From an uncultured Lachnospiraceae bacterium (lineage in GTDB: Bacteria; Bacillota; Clostridia; Lachnospirales; Lachnospiraceae): a stretch of 64,000 nucleotides of DNA. The position numbers were made by a program, and so were the translations under genes. The notes under the pieces are model-generated. The model did no database searches, was not told where the DNA came from, and was given only the letters and a program-made list of their open reading frames with translations. Shown one piece after another: positions 8,999-17,356 of the stretch; within the stretch, counting starts at the first letter, position 1; every line of letters starts with the position of its first letter. The stretch is from the NCBI GenBank assembly GCA_910588955.1, contig CAJURQ010000010.1:19347-83346 (forward strand), read 5' to 3'.

Positions 8999-9886
8999 AT
9001 GATATTGCCGTGTAGTGTGCAGACAAATACGCAGGGGGAGGAACTTCGGGAGCACGGAACGAGGCTGTTCCCGGTGGCATGTTATCTGGACCTGCTGCCA
9101 CGGGATGAAATTGCTTGGCACTGGCACAATGAGCTGGAACTGGGTCTGATTGCGAGCGGTTCCGCTGTCGTGGAGACAGGGTCTGCGTCTTGTGTGCTCC
9201 GTGCCGGGGAGGGATTTTTTATCAACAGCAATATTCTGCACGCCGCAGCCTTATCCGGGGACGAATCCTGTGAGATTCATTCCGTCGTTTTCCACCCGCG
9301 GGCGGTCAGCGGCAGCACGGATAACGTGATCTGGCAGAAATATCTGAAACCGCTGATAGAAAACCAGACCTGTCCCGGATTTTACCTCACGCCGGATGCG
9401 CCTTGGCAGAAACAGATTCTGGATTGTCTGGCGTCTCTTTGGAGGGCGGCGGAGAAAGAGTCTTTCGGATATGAAATACAAGTTCGGAATGAATTATCCT
9501 CGATTGTGGCGGCTCTTTCGGAAAACCAGCCGGCTGTCAGTAAGAAATCCTTTGGAAAAGAACAGCGTGACAATGCGAGAATCAAGGAAATGCTGATTTT
9601 TATTCAGGCAAATTACGACAGGGAGCTTACGATAGAGGATATCGCCTCCGCCTGTGCGATCAGCGCCAGCGAGTGCATTCGGTGTTTTCATGCGACGATC
9701 AATACGACGCCCATTGCTTACCTGAAATCTTACCGTCTCCAGCAGGCGGCGCTGAAGCTGCAGCTTACCACAGATAAGGTATCGGCGATTGCGGAGAGCT
9801 GCGGTTTTCAAGAGATGAGCTATTTCGCCAAGTCTTTCAAGGAGATCTACGGCTGCACGCCTTCCGAATATAGAATCGGAAAATAG
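8999..9886 (+). CDS. AraC family transcriptional regulator
   Basis: Start placed at ATG 8999, after AAAGGAGAAG. Cupin N-terminus (WHWHNELELG) and C-terminal HTH (VSAIAESCGFQEMSYFAKSFK...PSEYR). Confidence 0.85.
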   Translation: MILPCSVQTNTQGEELREHGTRLFPVACYLDLLPRDEIAWHWHNELELGLIASGSAVVETGSASCVLRAGEGFFINSNILHAAALSGDESCEIHSVVFHPRAVSGSTDNVIWQKYLKPLIENQTCPGFYLTPDAPWQKQILDCLASLWRAAEKESFGYEIQVRNELSSIVAALSENQPAVSKKSFGKEQRDNARIKEMLIFIQANYDRELTIEDIASACAISASECIRCFHATINTTPIAYLKSYRLQQAALKLQLTTDKVSAIAESCGFQEMSYFAKSFKEIYGCTPSEYRIGK

Positions 9887-10055
9887 GATGCTTTCGGGGC
9901 ATATGTGTAAAATCGGAAAATAATACAAATATAGGTGAATATAATCCATTTTATATCAGATATTTTCAGAATATAATACATATTAGTAAATGGTAGAGAA
10001 AGAGGGCAGAATGCCCGCGTTCTGGGAGACGGACGATAATATGGAGGGTGAAGCG

Positions 10056-11993
10056 ATGGGCGATTTAAAGTTAGTCAGGGATTTTACGGTGGGGGAAGGT
10101 TTTTTCGGCAGATACGAGAAGCTGGTAAAGGATGTGGTGCTGCCTTATCAGGAGCGGGCGTTGAACGACCAGATTGAGGGGGCGGAGAAGAGCCATTGTA
10201 TCGAAAATTTCCGCATGGCGGCGAAAAAGCTGAAAACCGGCAGCTGTGACGGTGAGTTTTACGGCATGGTATTTCAGGACAGCGACGTGGCGAAATGGCT
10301 GGAAGGCGCGGCGTACTCTCTGGCGCAGAATCCCGATGAGGAGCTGGAGAAGCGGTGCGATGAAATGATCGACCTAATCGGGGAGGCGCAGCAGAAGGAC
10401 GGTTATCTCAACACTTACTTTACGGTGAAGGAGCCGGACAAGCGGTGGACAAACCTGCACGAAGCACACGAACTCTACTGTGCGGGGCACATGATTGAGG
10501 CGGCGGTGGCATACGCCGAGTGTACGGGTAAATCAAAACTTTTGGAGATCATGTGTGACATGGCGGATCACATTTACCGTCATTTTATCGAGGAGGGGGC
10601 GGAAGGATATCCCGGGCACCCGGAGATTGAGCTTGCGCTGATGCGGCTGTACCGCAGCACGAAGGAGGAGAGATATAAGGCGCTGGCGATGCACTTTATC
10701 AATGTGCGCGGCGTTGACCCGGATTATTATAAGAAGGAAATGAAAAAGAATCCTTGGCGTGTCTGGGGCAATCATCCCGAGGACTTGGAGTATGCGCAGA
10801 ATTATGCGCCGGTGCGGCAGCAGGACAAGGCGGTGGGACATGCCGTCCGGGCGGTATATCTTTACACAGGCATGGCGGACGCGGCGATGGAGACAGGCGA
10901 CAGGGAGCTTGCGGAAGCCTGCAAAACGCTTTGGAACAATATCACGCAGCACAGAATGTATGTGACGGGAGCGATCGGTTCCGCCTATGAGGGGGAAGCT
11001 TTCACGAAGGACGATCATCTGCCAAACGATACGGCTTATGCGGAGACATGCGCGGCGATCGGGCTGATTTTTTTCTCCAACAAAATGTTATATTTGGAGC
11101 ATAACGGCAAGTACGCCGACGTGATGGAGCGGGCGCTTTACAACTGTGTGTTGGCAGGTATGCAGCTTGACGGCACGAAATTTTTCTATGTGAATCCGCT
11201 GGAGGTACTGCCGGGTATTTCCGGGGAGGCGCAGACCCACAAGCACGCGCTGCCCGTCAGACCCAAGTGGTTTGCCTGTGCCTGCTGCCCGCCCAATGTG
11301 GCAAGGCTTTTGGGCTCTGTGGCGGAGTATGCGTGGCATGTGATACCGGGCACGTTGTTCTCTAACCTGTTTATCGCGGGCACACTGGATCTGGAAAAAT
11401 ATTTCGGCGGCAAGGTGACTCTTAAGACAAATTATCCCTACGACAATAAGCTGGAATATCGCTTTGCACCGCAGGAGGGGAAAAACAGCATGGAAGTGCC
11501 TCTGGCGATCCGCATTCCCGCGTGGAGCAGACAGACAAAGATTCTGCTGAACGGGGAAGAGACGAATTGCAAGATTCTGGACGGGTACGCGTACCTGAGA
11601 GGAGAATATTCGGCGGATGACGTCATTATGGTGGAGCTTGATCTGACGGTAAGGCGTGTGTATACCAGTAACCGCGTCTCCGAAAACACGGGAAAGACCG
11701 CCCTGCAGAGAGGACCGCTCATTTACTGCGCGGAGGGCGTGGATAATGAAAACGATATCCTTTCCTTAAGCCTGAAAAAGGACGGGAAGGTGACGGTGGG
11801 TGAGTACCTGCCGGATGAACTGTTCGGCATTCAGAAGCTGTTTGCGGAAGGGTACCGGGAGACGGTGAACGAGGAACTTTACAGCTTTGAAAGACAGGAG
11901 GCGCAGCCTTGTCAAATCACGTTGGTGCCCTATTATACGTGGGGTAATCGTGGGCTGAACCAGATGCGGGTGTGGATTCCGGAGCGGGATTAG
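10056..11993 (+). CDS. glycoside hydrolase family 127 (beta-L-arabinofuranosidase-like, DUF1680)
   Basis: Start placed at ATG 10056, after GGAGGGTG. Contains the cysteine-rich FACACCPPN motif characteristic of HypBA1-type GH127 enzymes. Confidence 0.85.
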   Translation: MGDLKLVRDFTVGEGFFGRYEKLVKDVVLPYQERALNDQIEGAEKSHCIENFRMAAKKLKTGSCDGEFYGMVFQDSDVAKWLEGAAYSLAQNPDEELEKRCDEMIDLIGEAQQKDGYLNTYFTVKEPDKRWTNLHEAHELYCAGHMIEAAVAYAECTGKSKLLEIMCDMADHIYRHFIEEGAEGYPGHPEIELALMRLYRSTKEERYKALAMHFINVRGVDPDYYKKEMKKNPWRVWGNHPEDLEYAQNYAPVRQQDKAVGHAVRAVYLYTGMADAAMETGDRELAEACKTLWNNITQHRMYVTGAIGSAYEGEAFTKDDHLPNDTAYAETCAAIGLIFFSNKMLYLEHNGKYADVMERALYNCVLAGMQLDGTKFFYVNPLEVLPGISGEAQTHKHALPVRPKWFACACCPPNVARLLGSVAEYAWHVIPGTLFSNLFIAGTLDLEKYFGGKVTLKTNYPYDNKLEYRFAPQEGKNSMEVPLAIRIPAWSRQTKILLNGEETNCKILDGYAYLRGEYSADDVIMVELDLTVRRVYTSNRVSENTGKTALQRGPLIYCAEGVDNENDILSLSLKKDGKVTVGEYLPDELFGIQKLFAEGYRETVNEELYSFERQEAQPCQITLVPYYTWGNRGLNQMRVWIPERD

Positions 11994-12247
11994 TATAAAA
12001 ATTACCTCAAATAAAGTATAAAAAGGGAATTGTATCTGAGGAAGTTTCCCGTTATACTTACCTTAATATGGAATTTGAGCGAACAGGCGGTATGTCCATA
12101 TGGATGTACCGTCGCTTTTATGCGCAGGACCAAGCAGATGAATATGCCGCCAGTGTGGCGCACGGTTCGCGCGGCTGGCAGGGGAAGACAGCGCTTCCCC
12201 TGCGCGATTGCACATGCAGACAGAATCAAACAGGAGGTTACTACGAT

Positions 12248-14485
12248 ATGTTGAAGAAAGATGACAAAAAGAATGAGAAAAAACGAGAGAAGGAAATTGA
12301 CAGGCTGGTGAAAAAACTGACGCTTGATGAAAAGATCGCCATGATTCACGGCGCGTCCCTGTTCCGCTCCGGGGCGGTGGAACGGCTGGGGATTCCTGCC
12401 ATTGAGACATCCGACGGACCTATGGGCGTGCGCGCGGAGTTTATGGATGACAGGTGGATTCCGGCGGGCAATCAGGACGACATGGTGTCCTATCTCCCCA
12501 GCAACAGCGCGGTCGCTTCTTCGTGGAATCCGGATCTGGCACATGAAATGGGACATGTACTCGGCGCGGAGGCGAGGGCGCGAGGCAAGGATGTGATTCT
12601 GGCACCGGGCATTAATATCAAGAGAGATCCCCTCTGTGGCAGAAACTTTGAGTACATGAGCGAGGATCCGGCTCTCACGAAGGCATTTGCAGTGCCTTTT
12701 ATAAAGGGCGTGCAGGAAAACGACGTGGCGGCGTGCGTGAAGCATTTTGCGGCAAACGTGCAGGAGACGGACCGTCTGATGGTGGACGAGGAAATTGATG
12801 AGCGGACGCTCTATGAACTGTATCTGCCCGCATTCAAGGCGGCGGTACAGGAAGCGGGCTCTTACTCTATCATGGGCGCGTACAATAAAATCAACGGGAC
12901 GCACTGCTGTGAGAACAAAAAGCTGTTGGACGAGATTCTGCGGAAAGAGTGGGGCTTTGACGGCGCGGTGATCAGCGACTGGGGCGGCGTGCATAAGACG
13001 AAAGAGGCGGCGGCGTGTTCTATGGATCTGGAAATGTCGATCTTCCCGGATTTTGACGACTATAAACTGGCAAATCCCTTAAAGGAACTGGTTGAGAAGG
13101 GCGAAGTTTCCGAGGACGCGGTGGATGCCAAGGTGAGAAATCTCCTTCGGATGATGTACCGTCTGAAGATGATCGGACCGAAGAAGGATTCCCGCAAAGC
13201 GGGTGTATACAATGCGCCGGAACACCGGGAGGCGGTTCTCCGTGCGGCGGAGGAATCCATGATTTTATTGAAGAACGAGAACCATACTCTTCCGCTGGAC
13301 GCGAAGAAGATCAAAAAGCTGGCGGTGATCGGCGTGAATGCGGCGACGCTGCACTCAAACGGCGGCGGCAGCGCGGAGATCAAGGCGCTCTATGAAATCT
13401 GCCCTCTGGCGGGGCTTAAGATGTATCTGGGTGGAAATACGCAGGTCGTGTATGCGCCGGGCTACTATGTGCCCGTGAAGACAAAAGCTTTTGAGGTGAA
13501 CTGGCAGGCGGCGAGTCTGGACGATCTGAAAAATACCACGGTGGGACAGCCGCCGAGAGACGAGGCGGGCGAGGCGGATGCCCACAGGAAGGGCGAGGAG
13601 GAAAGGCTTGCCCAGATAGAGCGGGATAAGATTGAAATCCATGAAAAGAATCATGCGCTCTTTGAGCAGGCGCTTGCGCTGGCAAAGGACGCCGACGCGG
13701 TGATTTTTGTGGGCGGTTTAAATCACGACTATGACTGTGAAGGCTCTGACAGACCTGACATGAAGCTGCCCTACGAGCAGGATCTGTTGATTGACGAGCT
13801 TTTAAAAGTGAGAAAAGATACGATACTGACCTTTGTGGGCGGCTCTCCCGTGGAGATGCCATGGAGAGAACAGGCGCAGACGATTCTGTGGAGCTATTAC
13901 GCAGGTATGGAGACGGGAAATGCGTTTGCGAAGATTATTTTCGGTGAGGTGAACCCGTCCGGAAGACTGGCGGAAACATTCCCTGCAAAATATGAGGACT
14001 GCGTGACCGCAAAGAGCGGACAGTTCGGCAAGTGGGGCAAAATTACACTGGAGGAAGGGCTGTACTGCGGCTACCGCTATTATGACAGGCAGCGGATCAA
14101 ACCGGCGTTCTGTTTCGGGTACGGTCTGTCTTACACGAATTTCGAGTACAGCGGTCTGACCTTGAAGGCGGAGAAAGGAAAGGACGTGAAATTGACTTTT
14201 ACGGTCAAAAACGTCGGAAAGCGGGCGGGAGCGGAGACGGCGCAGATTTATATCGCGCCGATCGCGGCGCAGGTCGACAGACCCGATAAGGAGTTGAAAG
14301 CTTTTACCAAGGTGGAACTCGGCGCGGGACGCTCGAAAAAGGTTTCCCTGACTTTGAAACAGGAAGATTTTATGTATTTTGACGCGCAGTTACACAAATT
14401 TATCGCGGATGCGGGCGACTATGAAATTTTGGTGGGCGCGTCCTGCGAGGATATTAGACTGCGGGGCATTGCAACATTAAACTGA
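12248..14485 (+). CDS. glycoside hydrolase family 3 (beta-glucosidase / beta-xylosidase type)
   Basis: Start placed at ATG 12248, after AGGAGG. N-terminal LTLDEKIAMIHG, nucleophile region GFDGAVISDWGG, and a C-terminal fibronectin-like domain. Confidence 0.9.
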   Translation: MLKKDDKKNEKKREKEIDRLVKKLTLDEKIAMIHGASLFRSGAVERLGIPAIETSDGPMGVRAEFMDDRWIPAGNQDDMVSYLPSNSAVASSWNPDLAHEMGHVLGAEARARGKDVILAPGINIKRDPLCGRNFEYMSEDPALTKAFAVPFIKGVQENDVAACVKHFAANVQETDRLMVDEEIDERTLYELYLPAFKAAVQEAGSYSIMGAYNKINGTHCCENKKLLDEILRKEWGFDGAVISDWGGVHKTKEAAACSMDLEMSIFPDFDDYKLANPLKELVEKGEVSEDAVDAKVRNLLRMMYRLKMIGPKKDSRKAGVYNAPEHREAVLRAAEESMILLKNENHTLPLDAKKIKKLAVIGVNAATLHSNGGGSAEIKALYEICPLAGLKMYLGGNTQVVYAPGYYVPVKTKAFEVNWQAASLDDLKNTTVGQPPRDEAGEADAHRKGEEERLAQIERDKIEIHEKNHALFEQALALAKDADAVIFVGGLNHDYDCEGSDRPDMKLPYEQDLLIDELLKVRKDTILTFVGGSPVEMPWREQAQTILWSYYAGMETGNAFAKIIFGEVNPSGRLAETFPAKYEDCVTAKSGQFGKWGKITLEEGLYCGYRYYDRQRIKPAFCFGYGLSYTNFEYSGLTLKAEKGKDVKLTFTVKNVGKRAGAETAQIYIAPIAAQVDRPDKELKAFTKVELGAGRSKKVSLTLKQEDFMYFDAQLHKFIADAGDYEILVGASCEDIRLRGIATLN

Positions 14486-14691
14486 TGCGGGGAATGTCTG
14501 CGTAATGCGTCGCGGACATTCATAAATACGCGCCTGCTTTGTATCACATGCCACCCCGGCGTGCATACTGATTTTATGACAATTTATCTCAGAATGATTC
14601 TGAATGAAATTGTTCGGACAGGTAAAGAATAAGACGGAAATCTTATTTATAACTGATAACTGAAAATCAGATGCAGGAAAGGGTGGAAAAA

Positions 14692-14928
14692 ATGGATTAT
14701 AATACGTTACCTGTCGGTCTTGGGCTCGCCTTTGCGACGAACCGCGCGGCGATGGATCGATTTGTGGATATGACCGACGATGAGAAGAAAGAGTTTGTGG
14801 AGAGAAGCCGGGGCGTGATGTCCAAAAAGGAGACGGACAGTCTGGTGAGCTCCCTTACGGAGGACGAGGAGCCGGATCTCCATCTCGAAGATGTGAATCA
14901 GATTTTTAAAGGACCGGGCATCGGATAG
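14692..14928 (+). CDS. hypothetical small acidic protein
   Basis: 78 aa from ATG 14692, after AAAGGGTGG. No family recognised. Confidence 0.45.
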   Translation: MDYNTLPVGLGLAFATNRAAMDRFVDMTDDEKKEFVERSRGVMSKKETDSLVSSLTEDEEPDLHLEDVNQIFKGPGIG

Positions 14929-14954
14929 ACGGCTCGGAAGTTTAAGGAGTTTTT

Positions 14955-16280
14955 ATGCGGATACAGCTGCCCGAGAAAGTGCATAACATCATAAATACGC
15001 TGGAAGAAGCGGGATATGAGGCGTACGCGGTGGGCGGCTGCGTCCGGGACTCCATACTTGGCAGAGAGCCGGACGACTGGGATATCACCACCTCGGCAAA
15101 GCCGGAGGAAACGAAACGTCTTTTCCCGAGAACCGTGGACACGGGGATCAAGCATGGCACGGTTACGGTCCTACTGGGGGGAGAGGGCTTTGAGGTGACG
15201 ACCTACCGGATCGACGGTGTGTATGAGGACGGCAGGCATCCGACGGAAGTGACTTTTACTGCCAATTTAAAAGAAGATTTGCGGCGGCGGGATTTTACGA
15301 TCAACGCCATGGCTTACAATGACAAGAGCGGTCTGGTGGATCTCTACGGCGGGTTAACGGATATCGAGGACAAGGTAATCCGCTGTGTGGGGGATGCCAG
15401 AGAGCGGTTCGACGAGGACGCGCTGCGTATGCTGCGGGCGGTGCGCTTTTCTGCCCAGCTGGGCTATCGGATCGACGAGGCGACTGGAGAGGCGGTGAAG
15501 GCGCTGGCACCAAATCTGCAAAAAATCAGCGCGGAGCGGATACAGGTGGAGCTGATAAAGCTGGTGACCTCCCCTCATCCCGATTATCTGCGAACCGCCT
15601 ACGAGCTTGGCATCACGGCTCAGATTCTGCCGGAGTTCGACCTCTGTATGGAGACGCCCCAGAGACACAAGCACCACTGCTATGATGTGGGGGAACACAT
15701 TCTGCATTCCATGCTCGGCGTAGAGCCGGACAAGGTGCTGCGCCTCGGCATGCTGTTCCATGATATCGGCAAGCCCCAGACGCTGACCATCGATCCGGAC
15801 GGGACGACCCACAATAAAAAGCATCCCTTTGAGGGGGAAAAGATTACCCGAAAGGTGATGCGGCGGCTAAAGTTTGACAACGATACCACCGACAAGGTGA
15901 CGAAGCTGGTTTTGTACCACGATTACGATATCGCGCCCACGGAAGCGGGGGTAAGGCGGGCAGTCAGCCGCATCGGCGAAGACATTTTTTCCATGATCTT
16001 TACGGTGCGTCGCGCGGATATCGCCGCCCAGAGCGATTACATGCGGGAGGAGAAGCTGGCGAAAGTCGCTTACATAGAAAAGCTGTACAAGGAAGTGTTG
16101 GCGCGCAAGGATGCTGTTACGGTGAAGGATTTGGCGATCTCGGGGAACGATCTGATCGCGGAGGGTATGCCGCCCGGCAGACAGATCGGGAAAACGCTGT
16201 CCGCGCTCTTGGAGAGGGTGCTCGACGACCCGTCCCTCAACACAAAAGATATTCTTCTCAAACTGTATAAAGAAGTGTAA
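14955..16280 (+). CDS. cca: CCA-adding tRNA nucleotidyltransferase with HD domain
   Basis: 441 aa. GGCVRD polymerase-beta nucleotidyltransferase motif, RRDFTINA, and an HD motif (LFHDIGK). Confidence 0.88.
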   Translation: MRIQLPEKVHNIINTLEEAGYEAYAVGGCVRDSILGREPDDWDITTSAKPEETKRLFPRTVDTGIKHGTVTVLLGGEGFEVTTYRIDGVYEDGRHPTEVTFTANLKEDLRRRDFTINAMAYNDKSGLVDLYGGLTDIEDKVIRCVGDARERFDEDALRMLRAVRFSAQLGYRIDEATGEAVKALAPNLQKISAERIQVELIKLVTSPHPDYLRTAYELGITAQILPEFDLCMETPQRHKHHCYDVGEHILHSMLGVEPDKVLRLGMLFHDIGKPQTLTIDPDGTTHNKKHPFEGEKITRKVMRRLKFDNDTTDKVTKLVLYHDYDIAPTEAGVRRAVSRIGEDIFSMIFTVRRADIAAQSDYMREEKLAKVAYIEKLYKEVLARKDAVTVKDLAISGNDLIAEGMPPGRQIGKTLSALLERVLDDPSLNTKDILLKLYKEV

Positions 16281-16338
16281 TGAAAACCCCTTGCCGGTCA
16301 TATGATGTAACAGTCAGAGTCAGGCGGGGGGTATTTTT

Positions 16339-17325
16339 GTGAATGACAGAGCTGTCAGTTTATTAGAGCATTATGACATAGAGGTACGTCGTACATGGAA
16401 AGGACGCGGGGCGATTCTCTGTGACTCGGACCGGGGTCTGCTCATTATGAAAGAATATAACGGACCTGCGGAAAAGGTCAGTTTTCAGGAATATCTGCTG
16501 AACCATATCCGGGAGAGCGGCGCTGTGCGGGCGGAGACGATTCTGCGAACGAAGGAGGACGAACTGCTCGTCCGGGATCAGGACAGAACCGCGTATATCG
16601 TGAAGACTTACTGTGAGGGCAGAGAGTGCGACCACAGGAATCCGCAGGAATGCCGCCGTGCGGTGGAAACTTTGGCGCGCCTTCACGGCGTCTGTGATCT
16701 TTCCGGCTCCGAGATACTTGAGGAGCAGCCTGTTTTTCGTGTGGGAAACGAGTACGAAAAACATAACCGCGAGTTGAAAAAGGTGCGGAAATTTTTGCGG
16801 GAAAAGAGCCAGAAGACCGATTTTGAAATATATTTGATGAAACATTATGATTATTTTATGGATATTGCCTTGCAAATTACGGGGGATTTGAGTTATTATG
16901 CCTATGAGGAGGATTCTCTTTCGTTCTCCGTAGTGTGTCACGGCGATTACCAGTATCATAATATCATACAGACCGAAGAGGGCAGCGTGCTCGTCAATTT
17001 TGAGAAATGTGTCAGGGATTATCCCGTTCGGGATCTGTATCTGTTTATGCGCAAGCTCTTGGAAAAAAATAACTGGTCGCAGACACTTGGTGATATGCTG
17101 CTTTCGAGGTATAATGATGTGAGACCCTTAAGCGAACGGGATTATAGGCAGTTGTATTTTCGGTTTAACTATCCGGAAAAGTTTTGGAAGATCGTGAACT
17201 TTTATTATAACAGTGGCAAGGCGTGGATTCCCGGGCGGAATATGGAAAAAACAGAAAAACTGTTTGCGCAGGAGAGGGAAAAACAGCTCTTTTTAAAGAG
17301 CGCGTTCCCGTCTTATATGTCATAA
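16339..17325 (+). CDS. CotS-family spore coat protein / protein-kinase-like phosphotransferase
   Basis: 328 aa with a GTG start. Kinase-like catalytic loop VCHGDYQYHNI. Overall resemblance to CotS/YutH-type proteins. Confidence 0.7.
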   Translation: MNDRAVSLLEHYDIEVRRTWKGRGAILCDSDRGLLIMKEYNGPAEKVSFQEYLLNHIRESGAVRAETILRTKEDELLVRDQDRTAYIVKTYCEGRECDHRNPQECRRAVETLARLHGVCDLSGSEILEEQPVFRVGNEYEKHNRELKKVRKFLREKSQKTDFEIYLMKHYDYFMDIALQITGDLSYYAYEEDSLSFSVVCHGDYQYHNIIQTEEGSVLVNFEKCVRDYPVRDLYLFMRKLLEKNNWSQTLGDMLLSRYNDVRPLSERDYRQLYFRFNYPEKFWKIVNFYYNSGKAWIPGRNMEKTEKLFAQEREKQLFLKSAFPSYMS

Positions 17326-17356
17326 TAAAGCATTTATTGCAGAAATGGAGTAAAAA

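Noticed and set aside
12002-12994. Long antisense ORFs. Examples: 12002..12994 (330 aa), 26923..27774, 28233..29051, 59994..61016, 57689..58597, 61342..62082, 40507..41328, 22318..23010, 5149..5823 and 35762..36490.
   Set aside because: Each lies entirely opposite a gene with clear family motifs. Their translations are Arg/Pro/His-rich and low-complexity with no motifs or RBS. These are typical shadow ORFs of GC-rich coding DNA.
16281-16338. Sigma-K-type promoter upstream of the cotS-like gene (CATATGATG).
   Set aside because: The -10 element matches CATA---TA only partially, and no AC -35 element sits at the right spacing.
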